The position numbers were made by a program, and so were the translations under genes. DNA of 34,457 nt from an uncultured Saprospiraceae bacterium (GTDB lineage: Bacteria > Bacteroidota > Bacteroidia > Chitinophagales > Saprospiraceae): contig CAZEOC010000001.1 of the NCBI GenBank assembly GCA_964513525.1, positions 1,048 to 35,504 on the forward strand, written 5' to 3'. Positions 32,753 to 34,457 of the stretch are shown in pieces. The stretch's first letter is position 1; the number at the start of each line of letters is the position of its first letter. The notes under the pieces are model-generated. The model had not been told where the DNA came from. It made no database searches and saw nothing but the letters and a program-made list of their open reading frames with translations.

Positions 32753-34084
32753 ATGAAATATAGAATTTTTTCAGTTTTAATAATGACCATTTTTATGGTG
32801 GAATTATCTGCTCAAGAAGCACAAAGTTATAGTTTGGAACAAGCCGTTTCAACAGCTATAACGAATAATAAATCTATCAAATCTGCTTTGTTAGATAGAG
32901 AAATAAATAAATATAAAAAGGGCGAATTAAATGCTGCTTTGTATCCAACAATTAATGGAAGTGCAGGAATTAATCACTTTATAGATATGCCACAGCAGTT
33001 TTTACCAGCAAGTTTTTTGAATCCTCAAGCTCCCGAAGGTGATTTAGTTGGTTTGGAGTTTGGTGTTCCAAATTCAGCAAATGTAGCGGTTTCTGCTCAA
33101 TGGTTGATTTATAATCAAGCGGTATTTACAGGTTATAAATTATTAAAAACACAATCGGAAATGACAGAAATTTCGATTGAGAAACAAAAAGATGAAGTTG
33201 CTTATTCGGTAACTCAATTATACTACGGAATTGCTTTTGCAAAAGAACAAAAAAAGCTATTGAGTGAAAACGTGATGAGTTTGGACAAACTATTAAAAAT
33301 AGTGGAAAGCAATTATAAAAATGGTTTGATTACAAAGGTAAATGTCGATAAAGTAAAAGTAAATAAAACGAATTTAAAAAGTCAAGTTGACAACTTATCA
33401 ATGGTAATTCAAACACAAGAAAATTTCTTGAAAATGTTGATGGGTTTTCCAATTGAAACAGTCATTGTCTTGACAGATGAGTTTGAAGGGAATTCTATGG
33501 AACGTATTGTGAAAATGGATATTCAGCCAAGTAAGACAACGGATTATCAGTTGATGTTGAAACAATTGGAAATGTCAGAATTGGAGCGAGAAACAATCAA
33601 AGCAAATTATTTACCGAGTGTTGGCTTAGCCTACAATTATCAATACAATTGGCAAAGTAATGAATTGAGCGAATTGTTTAGTACTGATTTGAAATATCCG
33701 CAGCAGTCAATTGGATTACAAGTAAATGTTCCAATTTTTGATGGTCGAAAAAATGAGTTTAAACTTCATCAGAACAAAGTTAAAACCCTGCAATTACAGC
33801 AAAAAACAGATTATTTATCGGATAAAATAACAGTTGACGTAACTAATGCTCAATTGAAATACAATCAAAATATTGAAGCAATTAAAGTACGCGCAGAAAA
33901 TTCAAAAGTGGCTCAATCAGTTCTTGACCAAACAACTTTTGAATACCAACAAGGCATCATTTCTTTAACAGAAGTTATCAATAGCGAAACAGCATTAAGA
34001 GAAGCACAAACGCAGTATTTATCAGCAGTTTCTAATGCTTTGAATGCTTTATTAGATTATAAAAAAGTAACAAACGAATTATAA
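32753..34084 (+). CDS. TolC-family outer membrane efflux protein
   Basis: Signal peptide, then two coiled-coil/beta repeats typical of OEP (SLEQAVSTAITNN...; LPSVGLAYNYQY...; TEVINSETALREAQTQYLSA). Followed by an adaptor subunit gene. Confidence 0.85.
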   Translation: MKYRIFSVLIMTIFMVELSAQEAQSYSLEQAVSTAITNNKSIKSALLDREINKYKKGELNAALYPTINGSAGINHFIDMPQQFLPASFLNPQAPEGDLVGLEFGVPNSANVAVSAQWLIYNQAVFTGYKLLKTQSEMTEISIEKQKDEVAYSVTQLYYGIAFAKEQKKLLSENVMSLDKLLKIVESNYKNGLITKVNVDKVKVNKTNLKSQVDNLSMVIQTQENFLKMLMGFPIETVIVLTDEFEGNSMERIVKMDIQPSKTTDYQLMLKQLEMSELERETIKANYLPSVGLAYNYQYNWQSNELSELFSTDLKYPQQSIGLQVNVPIFDGRKNEFKLHQNKVKTLQLQQKTDYLSDKITVDVTNAQLKYNQNIEAIKVRAENSKVAQSVLDQTTFEYQQGIISLTEVINSETALREAQTQYLSAVSNALNALLDYKKVTNEL

Positions 34085-34094
34085 AATAAAAATC

Positions 34095-34457
34095 ATGATT
34101 AAAAAAATAATATTTTCAGTAATTGGAGTTGGATTAGTTGCTTTAGCAGCAATACAATTATATGGTAATAAACAAGAAATCAACGAAGCAGCAACTTATA
34201 AAGAAGAGATTGGGAATATTCCTGTAGAAATCATGGAAGTAACTGCTGAAAAAGTAAACCAAAAATTAAAATTCACAGGAACTTTTCAACCATTCAAAGA
34301 GGTGAACTTTGGAGCAGAAACACAAGGTAAAATTGTTCAAGTGTATGTGAATGAAGGAGATTATCTAACAGCAGGAAGAACAATTGCTAAGATTGATGAC
34401 GGAATGTTACAGTTACAATTGCAAAGTCAAGCCAATCAAAAATCAGTTTCACAAGTA
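34095..34457 (+). CDS. Efflux RND/ABC periplasmic adaptor (HlyD/MFP family), N-terminal 121 codons (runs off the right edge)
   Basis: ATG at 34095, TM anchor IIFSVIGVGLVALAAI, then the lipoyl-like hairpin motif GKIVQVYVNEGDYLTAGRTIAKIDD. The frame stays open to the window end. Confidence 0.75.
   Translation, partial: MIKKIIFSVIGVGLVALAAIQLYGNKQEINEAATYKEEIGNIPVEIMEVTAEKVNQKLKFTGTFQPFKEVNFGAETQGKIVQVYVNEGDYLTAGRTIAKIDDGMLQLQLQSQANQKSVSQV

Noticed and set aside
1-34457. tRNA, rRNA, riboswitch or tmRNA-like genes in the longer intergenic regions (1045-1417, 1874-2060, 6604-7158, 26014-26130).
   Set aside because: I could not find a cloverleaf-compatible arrangement of stems or conserved riboswitch cores. 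The regions are extremely AT-rich apart from the Arg-leader patch. A covariance-model scan (Infernal/Rfam, tRNAscan-SE) would be needed to be sure.

Overview
AT-rich chromosomal segment, most likely from a Flavobacteriia (Bacteroidota) genome. This is inferred from T9SS-type C-terminal sorting domains, TAnnTTTG-like promoter boxes and a Bacteroidetes-style arginine operon; no search was run. Left to right: (i) the 5' part of a secreted Fn3-repeat protein on the minus strand, then small housekeeping or unknown genes (membrane protein, HAD-like protein, ATE/Bpt-like transferase, SH3-like lipoprotein, secreted protein, DCC/DUF393 oxidoreductase). (ii) The arginine operon GNAT-argG-argC-argD-argF'-argB-argE (7159-14285). 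It is preceded by an unannotated 29-codon ORF with four consecutive Arg codons plus a fifth (candidate attenuation leader). Its longer intercistronic spacers are each closed by a long-range stem. (iii) A ~10.4 kb block separates argE from argH. It holds a small lipoprotein gene and three convergent minus-strand genes for very large T9SS-targeted proteins: a PPC-domain protein, a GH-A-like protein with two copies of an unknown module, and a double beta-helix protein with Cys-rich repeats. (iv) argH and mfd. (v) A LytS-type histidine kinase / LytTR regulator pair and a RAYT-like HUH tyrosine transposase gene, sitting among four copies of a 31-35 bp perfect palindrome (REP-like). One copy lies in frame inside the kinase gene. 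(vi) A DUF2147-like protein, a TolC-like outer membrane protein and the start of an efflux adaptor. No rRNA, tRNA or CRISPR was seen. I did not recognise a classical defence or toxin system. The most unusual signals are the Arg leader, the heptamer-periodic long hairpins, the stem-closed spacers of the arg operon, and the REP/RAYT family with an intragenic in-frame copy.
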